A DNA stretch of 64,000 nt, from positions 13,195,869 through 13,259,868 of the forward strand of contig MU059330.1 of NCBI GenBank assembly GCA_013265495.1. Direction: 5' to 3'. Positions 46,001 through 58,640 of the stretch are shown one piece after another. This DNA comes from Vicugna vicugna (taxonomy: Eukaryota). The notes below the pieces were generated by a model. The model searched no databases, had not been told where the DNA came from, and saw only the letters and a program-made list of their open reading frames with translations. Within the stretch, counting starts at the first letter, position 1. Each line of letters starts with the position of its first letter. Position numbers and translations under genes: made by a program.

Positions 46001-49000
46001 TACCGACGATGAAAGAGGGAATGAAAACGCCAGCATCTTTAATTTTTGAAAACTGTTGTCTGGTGCCCGTGACTCCTAAGCTGGGGGAGATGCCGTAGCC
46101 GTGCGCACAGTGGTCCTCACTCAAGCAAAGGCTCATTTTTCGATGATGGCGAAAATGAGAAAAATCTTCCCTGGGTTCTTTTTGTCAAACCAATGAAACT
46201 GTAAATGGGACTTGAGCTTTTGTGTGACAGTTCTCCCGCAGCTTTATGGCTCCCATTCGGGGCCCAGGGGCCCAGGGCTGTGCGGGACCGGGAGGATGGA
46301 GGGGGGAGGGCCTCCCCCACCAGGGGAAGGCGTTCCTCTCCCTTCACCCTCTGCAAAGAGAGTTACCAGCCTTCAGACTGAGAAGGGCTGGAGCGCGTAT
46401 CCTTTAGCAGCTGACGTGGGATGGGCCAGGATGGACTCCCGGGAGCAGAGTCGAGTTCCTTCCCGCGTGGCAGTTACCAGTTTGACCTTGGCCCGGCTGG
46501 GGGCTCCTGGACCGAGCCACCCGGCTCCCTAGCTTTCTGCTCCCTGGGCGCATCTTCCTTTGACCCCTGTGGGATTCCGGCTCAGGCCTTCAGAGCCGTC
46601 AGGAAAGGCAGGGGCTCTGTCCCTGGGTGAGGACACTGCCCCCGGGACACCCTGGGTCCCCTGCAGCCGGGAGCGTTTACACGACCTTTATCTCTTGTAG
46701 CTGTTACGGCAGAACCATCAATTAGCTCTCTTGCAAAATAACACCTGGGAAGGCTCTTCACAAACTTGTTTAACCTTTTTCCTCCTTTCCCCTTAGGTGA
46801 CAGGTTAAGATTCACGATTTTTAAATTCTGTTGCAGCACCTGGGTAGATGTTATCATGTTGATGAGAAGGGCCTCCGGGGGCGGCGGGGGGAGGGGTCAC
46901 AGCCAGAACTGCAGTTTATTAAGAAGGAACTTCACCCTGAGAGCAAATTCGGGTGTGCAGCCACGTCCTCCTGCGGAAGAGCTAACTCTGCTGAGGCGGC
47001 CCTGGGTGCCGGGGCCGTGGTGACCACCGGCCTGGCTCTGGACTCTGGCTGCTGGGAGCCCCTGCTCCGAGGGCCCCCCTCGCATGCCTGATGGAGGGAG
47101 AAGGAGATGAGAACACCGTTCACAGGCCTAACATTTCCAGGAAGGAGAGAGGACGGGGAGCATGCAAGTCTTCCCAGAACTCACATCACTCGGTTAACTG
47201 GGGGCATCCCGTCCATCCTTCAAAATTTGGGTTCAATTTAGGCTCCCGAGGACCACGCTGGGATAACAGAGTAGATTAAGCGGTGGCCTCAGCTGGCCTG
47301 GCAGCCCCCGCCTAACCCGTGTCTCTAATATTCCACCCCAGCCCCGACCCCCGCGCCTCCTCATTAGCCCAGTTATGAGAGTGACCTGGCCTGGACGGTT
47401 CACACCCGCAGTAGTTTGCTGGTGGAACTCAGGTTTATTGGAAAGATGTAATCTCCTGTCCCTGTTTGTAACAAGCATGCTCTGTGCACACACATTGTGG
47501 ACAGTCGTGTATCTCCTTTCATTCTAAGCTGTCAGCAACATTGCCCCAACTCCAGATCGCCATCAGATAGTGTTTAATGTGCTGCCCCTTTTTTTTCTTT
47601 TGCATCATTAAGAGATGGCTGTGCCTCCAAGCAGCCATGCCTGAGCAAAGGATTGCTAAATTTGGATGTCTGTCTGGAGCTGATCCAGTGAAGGTAACAC
47701 ACTGAACACAGCAGGCAGGGAGGGCGAGTGTCCTGAGCGTGCAGAGCAGGGGCCACGGCCGTGCCCTCCCCATCTCGGGGTGCTGGGCGGGGCTGCAGAG
47801 CAAAACAGCTGAGTGCCAGGGGCCCCAACCCTCAACCCCCCAATGAAACAGCGTCTTTTTACAGCCTGTTTAAAAGAATTTTCCATAATTACAACAAGTA
47901 TGAAATCAGTGAAGCAGAGGGAAACGGAATTTTAGCCCATAAATCAGCTCATGTGGCCTTCCATCTGTCCCCGGGGGGGGCTATTCCAGGGGAAGACGCC
48001 GGCTTACTCTGGCCCTGCAGTTGGCGTCTCTGCCCCAGCCCTCGCTGGGCTGCGCAGACCCCTGGGGTCTCGGCTGCTTTTATGGGGACCTTGGCTGATG
48101 GAAGAACACTTGGTCTAGAAGCCAGGGGAGAACCCCTGAGGGCTGCGGGAGCCCCGGGCCACCTGTCCAGGGGCCTAGGGGACAGTCGATGTGCTGGGAG
48201 GCCTGAGGACCCTGGCTTGCACTTTACTTCCCCCCAAATAGAGAACCCCCCCCCGGGCTGCGGAGCGCTGCATGATTCTGTCTGGAAGCACCTAGAACAG
48301 TGGGTCAGAGCGACTAGCGCCTCAAAAGGGGCAGGTTCCCCCTTTGCACTGGGAATTGCATGAAGCTCCTGAAAAAGTAAACTTAGGTTCTAATTTGTTT
48401 AAAGACGAGAGTGTGATGCAGAGTCAGATTCCAGACACCCTGGAAAGACCTTGGATGAAGCACGGAAGACGGCAGTGAGATTATTGTACGTGGACTGGAG
48501 GACGCGCTTAAAACCACCGAGTTTCAGTGCACTTCGTACCTGTTGGGCCCCCTCCCCAGACATCCCCCTTCCCTGCCAGCCTTTCAGGAAGAAGACCAGG
48601 GCCTGTCCAGGTGCAGGGTGGACATTCAGTGACTTAGGCTCTGACTCAGTGGCTGTGAGAGGCCCGCGCAGACCTGCAACAGGGGCCATGCGCACCAGGG
48701 CAGGCCATCAGAGCCGTGCGCCGGGCTGCCATGCGCTGCGCCTCTGGGTCCCACTCCCTGGGTGTGCCCACATCCCAGCTCACGTTGGCCTTTGGGCACC
48801 GCAGGGTTGGGGATCCCGGTTCCTCAGGGGCTTGGGGTCCCTGCTTCCCAGCCTGCCTTCCTGGGGGCTGCTAGGGCCACTTCCTCCTGGTGTGTGTGCC
48901 TGTTTGCCACGTGCTCCGCAGCCAGCTCCTCTGGTCCCTCCCGTCTAACTGGTGGGGTGAGGAGGGAGAGCAGATGGTCCTCCGCCCTCGAAGGATGTCA

Positions 49001-49188
49001 GGATGGAGAGTCTGTGAGCTGGTGTGATGGTCTGCCTGCCAGGACCCGAGGCTTCTGGGTGTGGCTTCTGGGGGGCCCCTCAGGTGAAGGGCTGTTTGGC
49101 CCCTGTGACCTGAAGCCCTTCTGCCGGCACGTGCCAGCCCAGCCTGGCGTCCCTGAGAGAGCTTCTTGGTGTCTCCTCCTTGTTTCAG

Positions 49189-49381
49189 GCAAATGAAATT
49201 AACAACAGCGTGAGCAACAGCAAGTGGGGTCAGTCCCCGAGCCTCCTCCCCGCATCACATGGGCACGATGTCGACACTCCAAGATGAGAAAACAGGTGAC
49301 TAACTCACGAAGATGCCGAACAGGAAGTTCAGCCTCCTGTGGAGCTGACTCTGGACTTGGCGGGGCACCGTCGGTGCGAAG
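49189..49381 (+). ncRNA. Candidate non-coding exon (193 nt)
   Basis: Acceptor tcttggtgtctcctccttgtttcag|G and donor AAG|gtaaga. All three frames contain stops. No transcript evidence. Confidence 0.35.
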
Positions 49382-52300
49382 GTAAGATTTCCCGTCACTT
49401 CCAATGCCCCAGGCTCCTCATCTGGGATGTGTGTCCCGCGATGTGTGCCCACCTTGATGAAGATGAGATGCGAATCTGAAACAGGACTGGGGTCTGGAAA
49501 TTAAAACCGAACAGCAGGACCAAGTCCGTGGCACGCTGCTCCATCTGACTCTCGGTCAGTTTGTTCCTGAGATCTTCTCAGAGAGCCAGAAAAGTCACTG
49601 CTTCTCGGAAGATCAACCAAAATGCTGGCTGGGGGAGTGTGAAGGGCGGATTCGCAAAGGGGCGGACGGCAGGGGCTGAAGCCGGCACTAAATGACGTGC
49701 ACGTTCCTCGGTGCCGACAGAAGTGAAGTTTACAGTCAGTCTCAAGCGGACGTGAACAGAAGGACGAGCTTTGGAAAGGAAGTGAGTCAGAGGCTTGGGG
49801 GCTGGGAAGATTCCTGACGGCTGAGCAGGGCTGCTAACGCCGTGGGGGTTGGGGAGGCGTGGGCCGCGCTTGGCCAGGGCTTTACCACCGCCTTCCAGAG
49901 GGCTCGCCTTCGAGACTCACACCCTCCCCTCCGAGGCCTTCTCGGGCCGGAGAGCACCGCAGGCCAAGAACCAGAGCGAGTCCACTGGAGGTCTGCGCCT
50001 CGTGCCTCTCCGTCTTGGAAGTGGGCTTTGCAATTTCTGTTTCTGCGGATGCTCAGAAAGAGAGGGCTTCCAGCAGTCTGACTGTCGGAAATAACAACCG
50101 GCGGTTTCTCCGCAGCCTCGGGGTTTCGCTGGGCCTCCTTTCAACTCTCCACCGTCACTCAGGCACCAGCTTCAGCCCGGTCACAGCAGGAGCGTCCCAA
50201 GTCTCCTTGGCGATTTCCACGAGGTCCTCGGCCCCACGCCCTCCTTCCAAGATGCTCGGAGTTCAAGGAATCACCTTCCAAGTTCTGTCCCAGACTCGCA
50301 GCTTTCTCAAATGTGTCCTCTGATAAATTCTTTCTGTGATTCCGCTTTTAAAATCTTTTTTAAAGGCAAATTCTTCTCACTCTGTCCAGAGAATTGAAGC
50401 CATGTGTGCCTTCTCTGTCTCCGTTCATCTACTGACGGACAAGGAGTGTTTGCTTCCTTTTAAGGAAGATTCCTCAACTCTGTGGCTTAAACCATAAAAA
50501 AGGGGAGGACCCCCCTCAATTATCTACAGAATCATTAAAAACTGGTTTGATTGTTTTAAAAATTAGCTAGTGTGACTGAAAAGGCCTCGGGGCGCTGGTC
50601 CACAGAAGCAGTCGTCTCAGGACAACAGCGTGCTTAATTCCGCGAGGCTTCCTGGTGCTCAGTGATGTAAGCTGCCGTTGAAGCCAAAACCGTGTCCCTA
50701 CAAACCAAAGCGCCTGTCAGCTGCCCTGGCCCGCGGCCCCCCTCCCCGCCCCGCCGCCCCGCCGCCCCGCCTGTGTGAAGTCCTGTGTATACTCCGTGTC
50801 ACCAACAGGCTGGGGAAGCTCATTGTCAACATTTTCATTCCAGGCGTTCTCTCGGTTTGTGAGCTGGAAGCATGGGTCACGAACAACGTTTGCCCACAGT
50901 GTATCGGTTTGTCCCTGCACAGATCTGAGTAAAATGTGCGTGACCACATCACACGAGCAGCCATTACACACCTTCCATATCACAGCCTGTCGGTTCGATG
51001 CCCCGTCACCCAGCAGGATAGCAGGTCCCGTGGCTACCACTCAACCTGCTGTTAAAACATGCCAGAGGTTCTTAGGGCGTGTTCAGAAAAGCCCAGATAA
51101 GGGCGGCGCGGGAGAGGACGTCTAGGAACTTGGCTCCCGAACGCGGCGTTCGGGAAGTCACCTTTTGCAGACACGTTTCTCACCAAACTTTACACTGAAT
51201 ACATTGGAGGGACGTCTGAAACTATAGGTTACTCTTGAGTAGCACTGATTCAGAAAGTTACGTTAATTAGTTTCTTAGAAAGCGAAGCACAATGCATATC
51301 CTGTTTTGAAACGTGCTTTGACTTTATTGTCTTTTTCTGATGGTGTAAACGCTCTTTGTTGCTGCTTTCTCACCTGTGATCCCTTTATCTTCCATGTTTA
51401 TTTCTTCTGACAGTGAAGTCTACCGAGCCAATAAACACGCTGATTCTCCATAAGGACCCACGCGGGGCATCGCTCCCCTGACCCACTGAGCAGGCGTGTG
51501 GAGCAGGGCACAGTGCCACGTGGCCTCACGGAGCCACACGGTCCACGTGGACATTCTCAGAGCCCGTGTGTGAGACGCCCCCCCCCCACCTGCGGCAAAG
51601 GGAGTGTGTGAAGACACGGGGCCTCCGTCAGCCTGGGTCCTGAGTGACCTGGATGGATGAGCAGGGCCACCCGCCAACCGTCCATACGTACACGTGGTGT
51701 GAAGGGAGGTTGTCCCTTTGATCCACTGAGGGTGCAGGGTTGGGAGCAGCCACCAGCGTCCCCTTGCCTCCCAGACAGGCCCACCTGTTATGGTTGCTGG
51801 CGCGTGTTTTGTGAAAACGCTGCTTCATCAGTGAGCTTCATACATCTAGGTTAGGACCCCCTCGCACGTCTGTTTAGAATTCTTCTCAAGGCCTCACCAC
51901 AGGAGCCTCACGGGGCGGCTGTAAAACCAGCCCCGGCATCTGTCTCTCAGGGCCTCTCGGGCATGGCGTTTCCGGCGGGCAAGGCCAGCTGGAAGTCGAG
52001 GCGGACCAGGGGGACCGCGGGCATGCAGGCGAGGGCTCCCCCTGTGTCCAGATGCAGCGTTTCGCCTGGCATGGGGAGCCAGGGCTGCGCGGAGCTGCGG
52101 CGACCAGGCTTCCTTGGTAGAACTAGCCCTCGACGCAAAGGGAGGCATTTCAGACCCTTAGAAGGAACCCCGGTGTGGGCCGCTCACAGAACCGAAAGGA
52201 ACCGGAAGAGAAGTGATACTTGAACAACGATTTCGTGGTGAATTTATCCTTTCATTCCCACCAACACCCACTGATCGGCAACAAATGCAGATAAAATTCC

Positions 52301-53609
52301 TGGGGCCCTGCAGGGCAGCGCGGGGGACAGGCCGGAGACCTCATGTGTTCGGGGTCATTGGCATCCAGGTGTTGGAGGAGCATCCCCGACTCCTGAATGG
52401 ACACTGAGTTGTCTCGGGTCCACTGATCAGGCTGTTTATTCATTCAGACGGAGGCAGAGGATGGGGTGGGAGCCCTTCCAGGCACCGAGGGACCCCCAGT
52501 AACACTCACAGTGGACTGGGGGCTGGGGGAGACCCCAGGAGGGGAGCTTTTAACGTAGGGGGAGGGAAGACAGAGCAGAACAAAAGGGTAGCTGTGTGAG
52601 TGACTCCCTATATCCCTTCCTCGTGGGGTGAGAAGGGCCAGGGTGGGCGCTGCTGAGCGGGGATGCGCAGACATAGGATGAACACCTCGGTAGATCTGGG
52701 CAGCTTTTTGAAACCCAAAGATTAAAAATAAACCTGCAAGCACTTATTAAAAAAAAGAGGTTAAGTTAGCTGTGGACGTGTGCTCTGCACTGGCCACTTG
52801 GCACACAGAGATGGGCTGGGGTTCCCAAATTTCATCGTTATAAACGTCGTCTTTCATGTTGGACAATGTTCAGCGGAAAAACGTCAGGAAACATACCAGC
52901 TGTGTAGCCTGCAGACAATGAAGTCCTTGAACGTCCTCTAGAGCCATGGAGACAAAGGTCGCGTGTGAAGAGGCGGGGGGGGGGAGTCACGGTGCGGGGG
53001 ACGCGCACCGAGCCTTGAAGGGTCAGGCAGGGGCCGCTGGAGGCGTCCACGGCCTGAAAGCCACGTGCTGCTGCGTGTCACAGGGGGATTTCGATAAAAT
53101 GTTATTTTAAATTCTGTGTTGTTTGCTTGCCCATTTGTTTATCTGTTGCTGATTTATTAGCTTTTTAAAATTTTAAATCCAAGGATTTAACTTCACATTT
53201 CTAAGTCACAGACAAGGAAAAAAAAAAACAAACCGTTGAGCACCTCTGTGCTCAGGCAATAAGCCGAGTGACGCAGCCTAGGCACTTACTTCTGTTCGGA
53301 ATCGGCTTTTCCGAATTGCAGTCTCATTGTTCTGCACAGTAAACATTTACCTTAAGACCTGAAAAGTCTTTTTATCTCAAAATATCGATCTTTCTATTGC
53401 TCTATGTTTTTAATACACTGATAGTTGTTCATAAATGTGTCTATTTGACATGTTATGTAATATATTTTTGAGCAGGAAATATCAGAGCAGCCAGGGCTGA
53501 TATTTTGGTTGAATGCCGCCCAGTGAATGCATCATGTTCTGCGGGAGTCCTGCGAGCAGAAAGACCTGGAAGATCCTGCCATCCCGTCTAGCTGCCCAGC
53601 AGATCACCC

Positions 53610-54050
53610 AATAACTATTGATCGATTTGTGTACTGACTTCCATTGCCTGTGATGCACTGTTATAAGCCTGCTGTTTCCAAGATACAGTTCTTACCCTCA
53701 TGAACTTGCAACACAGTTGGGGACGCAAGTGGTTGGTGTATGAAAATTCAGATGTGTCTAAACTGGAGATAGTTGTCTAAACCAGACAATGACACAGGGT
53801 GGTCTGGGATTAATTGCCCCCTAGAGAGCACAGATAAAATTTTCTAAAGTTTTCATAGGAGGAAGAAATCAAGCCAACATGTTGAAATCAGTTTAAGGAG
53901 AAGCAGAGATTTAAACCATGCTTGAGAACAGGGGACCGTTTTTCACGGGCTGGGACCCATGGGTCAGAGCTGGTGGAGCTATGTCTGGGGAGGGGACTAG
54001 ACATCGGATGTGAGGGTCTCGCATGACATGTTCTGAATGATCCAATTCAG
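53610..54050 (-). mobile_element. Degenerate LINE-2, antisense
   Basis: actattgatcgatttgtgtactgacttccattgcctgtgatgcactgtt...cagttcttaccctcatgaacttgca resembles the reverse complement of the L2 3' region. Confidence 0.45.
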
Positions 54051-54109
54051 TTCTGTCATTGACGGTTTCCAGGTGGAAGATCACTTGGTTAAAGTGAATT
54101 TTATTTCCT

Positions 54110-54530
54110 TTTAGATATAGTTTACTTTATTTTTAAAATCGCACAATAAACATGTCCATTGTAACAACTGGAACCACCCAAAGGCACGTCAGGGAGGGCT
54201 CTCTTCCTCCACTGCCCCCCCATCAGCAACACATGGGGGCACTTTCCACGACCTCTGTCCACCTAGCTCAGTGGAGCACCGATACCCCAGTGGAATGGCC
54301 TTCCCTCCACAGCACGCACATACGAATGCTTGTCTCTACAATTCCTCCTTCTTCACACAACATACCTTCCGGCCACCTTTACCAAGGCTGCATTATACTT
54401 CACAACGTCAGTGTGTCATTGCTGGTCAGACTTGAGTCTATTCTAAAGAAGCATTTCTCAGAGTTATGCTTTCATTTATATATCGTAAATTTCCCTGAAC
54501 CAGAATGCTAGATTATACAGGAGGTGGATT
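54110..54530 (-). mobile_element. Possible ancient L1 (L1ME-like) 3' UTR remnant
   Basis: T-rich start and L1 3'-UTR-like composition. Weak motif-level match only. Confidence 0.3.
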
Positions 54531-57500
54531 TTATATTTTAATTGTTACTGTTTACTTGTAACTCCAACGTTTCTAGCAATTTCAAGACAGAAAGCACAGC
54601 TTTCTTCCAGGGGGAGGCCTTGGGGCGGCACCAGACTTCTCCTCTGCAGGACTAGAGGAACGCAGAGCAGAGAGTGGGAGGTGAGGAGTCTGTATCCTCA
54701 GCTGAGATGCTGCTCATCTTTCAAGACAGTTGAAAGTGACTCTGAACGTGAGGGTGCCAAGAGGAGAGAATGTCACTGTCTTTGCTGTGTAAGGAATGTA
54801 ATCACAAGGCGGTTCACCAAATGACAGCTGAATCAGGAGTTTCAAGGCAGGGAGAGACGGAGGTGGGGAGAGCGTGACAGGCTGTAGAAGTGCATCCAGA
54901 TGCGCGGTGATAACCATGACGTTTGTAGATACACGCACGATCTAAAGATGCTTGAAACAGGAAAAAAAGAAAAAACCACAAACCTCATGGGAAAGAACAT
55001 CATGGAGTAGAATTAAAAACTTAAAAACGTGCAGCCCAGCCCCTCAGTTCTCACGGTGGTGCCACCAGACTCAACAGCTACGTCAAGGCTCCGAGGGCGC
55101 CTGGTCGGCTCATAACATGAAGCCCAGCTCTGGTTAGTGAGAAGTTCTGCAAAATTGAGTGACAAGGGAGAACGGAAAATAAAGACACGGGCCAATGCTC
55201 ACCAGCGAAATCAAAGCGACTCAAAGCAGAATAGAAACATTAGTTTTAAATGCAGGGAAGCGGAGACCCGGCAGGTGAGGGAGTTACCGCAACACTCTTA
55301 CCCTTTTTCCAGCAAACAGTGTAGCAGCTAAATACAAAAGCACTGCGTGTGTGCTTGTGAGGGTGTGTGTGAGCCTGCGTGTGAGTGTGTGCACATACAC
55401 ACAACAAGAATATGGGCTACAGTTACCAGGAGAGTCAGATGCGCTTTGTGCACAATTTGGCGGAGGAAGAGGGGCAGCGCCTCCCGGCCTGACTTCTCAC
55501 CGCCGCCCCTGCAGCAGCAGGTCTGCAGGGCTCTCTCCCTGGTCACGGCCTGAGTAAAACCCGACGCTGGAGATGTGCAGTGTCTCAGCTGATGTATTAT
55601 GGGCGTATTAGTGCTTTGTGTCTAAAAAGAGTAAGGCTTTTTGTCCCCTAAGAGCCAATTTTTACCCTCTTTGGGATAATATCACCCCCTTGGAGAATGC
55701 ATGAAATAGACTGAAAAATAAACAAAAATATGGAAACATGAGAATCACTCGACTGGTCAGGCCTTTAAAGTGCTACTGGGGAGGTTAGGACTCCAGGGGC
55801 AGCGTGCACGGTGGCTGAAGGGAGGCCTGGAATTCGGGGGCCCTTGGGCACCTGAGGAGGGAAACGTGCACCTCGGGCAGTGGGGGCAGGGCCAGCGGGG
55901 GTTTGAGGTGAGAGCTCAGGGCAGCCCCCCACCCGGGCTCCCAGGGCCACTCCTCAGTGACAGCCTCCATGGTTAGAGCGTTTGAGAAACTGGGCTGGAC
56001 CACGTTAAACTGGTCGCTGCAGAAAAATGCTGGTCTTCAATGCACTAATTTCCTTGTGCTGCCCCAAAATGAGACAGGCCAGGCAGGATGCCCTGAGCTT
56101 CTGGGGGTCCCGTCGGGGGTGCCATCAGCCTAGGACTTCTATTCACATCTCACGAGACAGTCCTGGAATGTCACTGCCTTCCGCGTGAAGGTCCTCATGT
56201 CTTCAAGCCGTGAAGCCAGACAGAGCAAGAATGGAGACGTTCCTAGACAGTGTCCCTTCTTCTGAACTTGGCTGACTTCCCTCCTGGCCTCCCTTCCCCC
56301 TTTCTCTTTTCTTGAACTCAGTTTCAAAAATAAGAAACTGGGAGATAGAAAGATTTAAAGAAGAGAGATCAACCCTGAAGTCACGGACCTTCGTCCCTTT
56401 ACTTCTCCGGGAGTCTTCCTTCTAATACAGGTCAGCGGTGCCTCGAATGCCGGTCTGCGCCCGGCGCCCGCCATCTGACCCTGAGGACAGAGTGACCTGC
56501 AGCCGGAGACGGCGTGATCCCTGCCCCCAGATCTGAGAGCCGATCGTGGAAGTGACCTTGAGCACGTCCCGACAAGTGTGACAGAGAACGCACAGGGGGA
56601 GCACTGGGCTGTGTGACGTGCAGCACGGAGAAAGTTCACGCCCAGCATTAAAGGCTGTCTCCTGGATCCGCCTGCACCACCAGGTCACAAAGAATGGTGT
56701 GTGCACCACGTGGGACGTGGTGGGGTGAACGCAGCTCTGTGGAAACCGAGGCGCGTTCCCAGACCTCCTGTCTCATCATCTTTCCGAGGAAAACGGCGCC
56801 ATCGCCTTGAAATGACGGTGATTTGGAGCTGGGACGAGAGCTGGTGCGGCTCACGCTGGTCCGCCTTATGTCATCGTGAATGTGGGCACCGTGTGAGAAT
56901 CAGAATGGACGGCGACCAGGGGACAGCGGAGCCAAGGCCACCTGCTCTGGCCCTCTGCCGATGGCGGCCGTTTGTGACGTAAGCCTGGGTCCAGGTTCTG
57001 AACCCGGCGAGTCCTGTTGGAAAGCCCCCCCCACGCCCAGCCAGCAGTCACGGGAGGGCAGTGCCTAAGGTCCCAGTGACTCTACTGAACCTGGAGCAGG
57101 TGACAGAGCAGCGCCTGCCATGGGTGAGGGCCAAGGATCTGAACCCAGGGACCTCCTGCGAGAGCTCCAGGGCAGCGCCCTTCGGGTTCCTTCCTAGTTT
57201 TGAATCTTAAATAGAATTCACAGTATGGACAGGAGATGGGGCTGAGGGTGTGTGACGGCTCTGCAAGATGCTCTGTTGAACCTGTTGGAAGCCAGCGTGG
57301 CAGGTGTGGGGCTGCGCACAGGCCGAGAGTCATTGTGGCTTGGTGGCTTTCTGGCCTCCCTTATTGTCCTGACGTGCGAGGACCCGCGGGACCTGCCAGG
57401 TACACACTGCTTGCAGCTGAGAAACTATCCTCATCGGATGCGAGTGACCTTCGAATTACATCAGAGGACGTTTGAAAGTCACTTAAGAGACTCGTTAAAA

Positions 57501-57869
57501 CGCACTGACACATCAGAGACCTGAGGGCAGTTTGCACTCGCACCTTTCTGGTATTTTGATTTCTTTCGTGCTGAGAAGTCCTCACCAAGGTTGTATGGGG
57601 TAGAAAACAGAGAGCAAAGCGTTTGATAAGGTTACCCGAGTCGTCACCCAAATTCCAGCTCTTCCTTAGCTTTGAAAACCTAGCTTCCCACAAACGCATG
57701 GTTCTGCGCTATCGGGATTTTTCCATAGGGATGAGCTGAGGTTAGCTTGAGACTTTGCCCCAAGAAGCTGCTGTGGTCTATTTTGAAGCTGATGAGGAGA
57801 AACAGCAGGTCGTATAACTCCTGAAACTGCGCACTTTACCATGAGATCCGTTTCCGAGGTCTCGCTCGG

Positions 57870-58640
57870 GCATCCTTAGACGCGATCGTCCGGTGCCTGC
57901 ATCGGGTCCCGGGGGGAGAGGCCCCCGCGGCCTGCGCGGGGCACGGCTGGGCTGCAAGGCGAGCGCCAGGACGTCCTGCCCTTGCGGGGACCTGCGTGGG
58001 GAGGCGGCGTTCTTCCCACAAAGCTTGGAGGAACTTCTGGGAGCTTTCCGCCGCTCCCCATGCCTCCGGATTGCCACCTCNNNNNNNNNNNNNNNNNNNN
58101 NNNNNNNNNNNNNNNNNNNNNNNNNNNNNNNNNNNNNNNNNNNNNNNNNNNNNNNNNNNNNNNNNNNNNNNNNNNNNNNNNNNNNNNNNNNNNNNNNNNN
58201 NNNNNNNNNNNTTATGGAAGCCTCACCCAGCTAAACAAAACAGTCTGCCTCCCATTGGCTCATCGGGAGGCCCCTGCTGAGAGTTTCAGCAAAGCGCTTG
58301 ATGAGGCGTAAAATGATGATTAATTAATTTACTGCTCAGTTGATCATCACACGGCGCGGCTGACGGTTCTCCCAGCGGTCAGCCCTCGCGCCCTGTGCGC
58401 GGCCGAGCTGCCTTTGCTTTGACCTGAGCTCGGAGACTCCTGGGCCGGGGAGGGGAGGGGATGGGCACAGAGTCTCGGAGGCCCCAGGAGGCGGCGACAG
58501 GGGGGCCTCTCGCAGCCGGTCATCAATCATGGTGCGCTCGCCCTGGGAACTAGCCGGCGCCCGGGGCAGGCGGCGTCTGCGCGGGCCCGCTGCCCTCCGA
58601 GGCCGGACCTGGGCAGCTCGCTGTCCTCCCGGCCACGAGG
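57870..58640. promoter_or_regulatory. CpG-rich region interrupted by an assembly gap
   Basis: CpG-dense flanks on both sides of 132 N, with an embedded AT core atgatgattaattaatttactg. Confidence 0.4.
58081..58212. other. Assembly gap (132 N)
   Basis: Run of N. Confidence 0.99.

Noticed and set aside
54006-54035. ggatgtgaggg match to the 7SK RNA 5' end
   Set aside because: Only 11 nt are identical, and the context fits degenerate L2 better.
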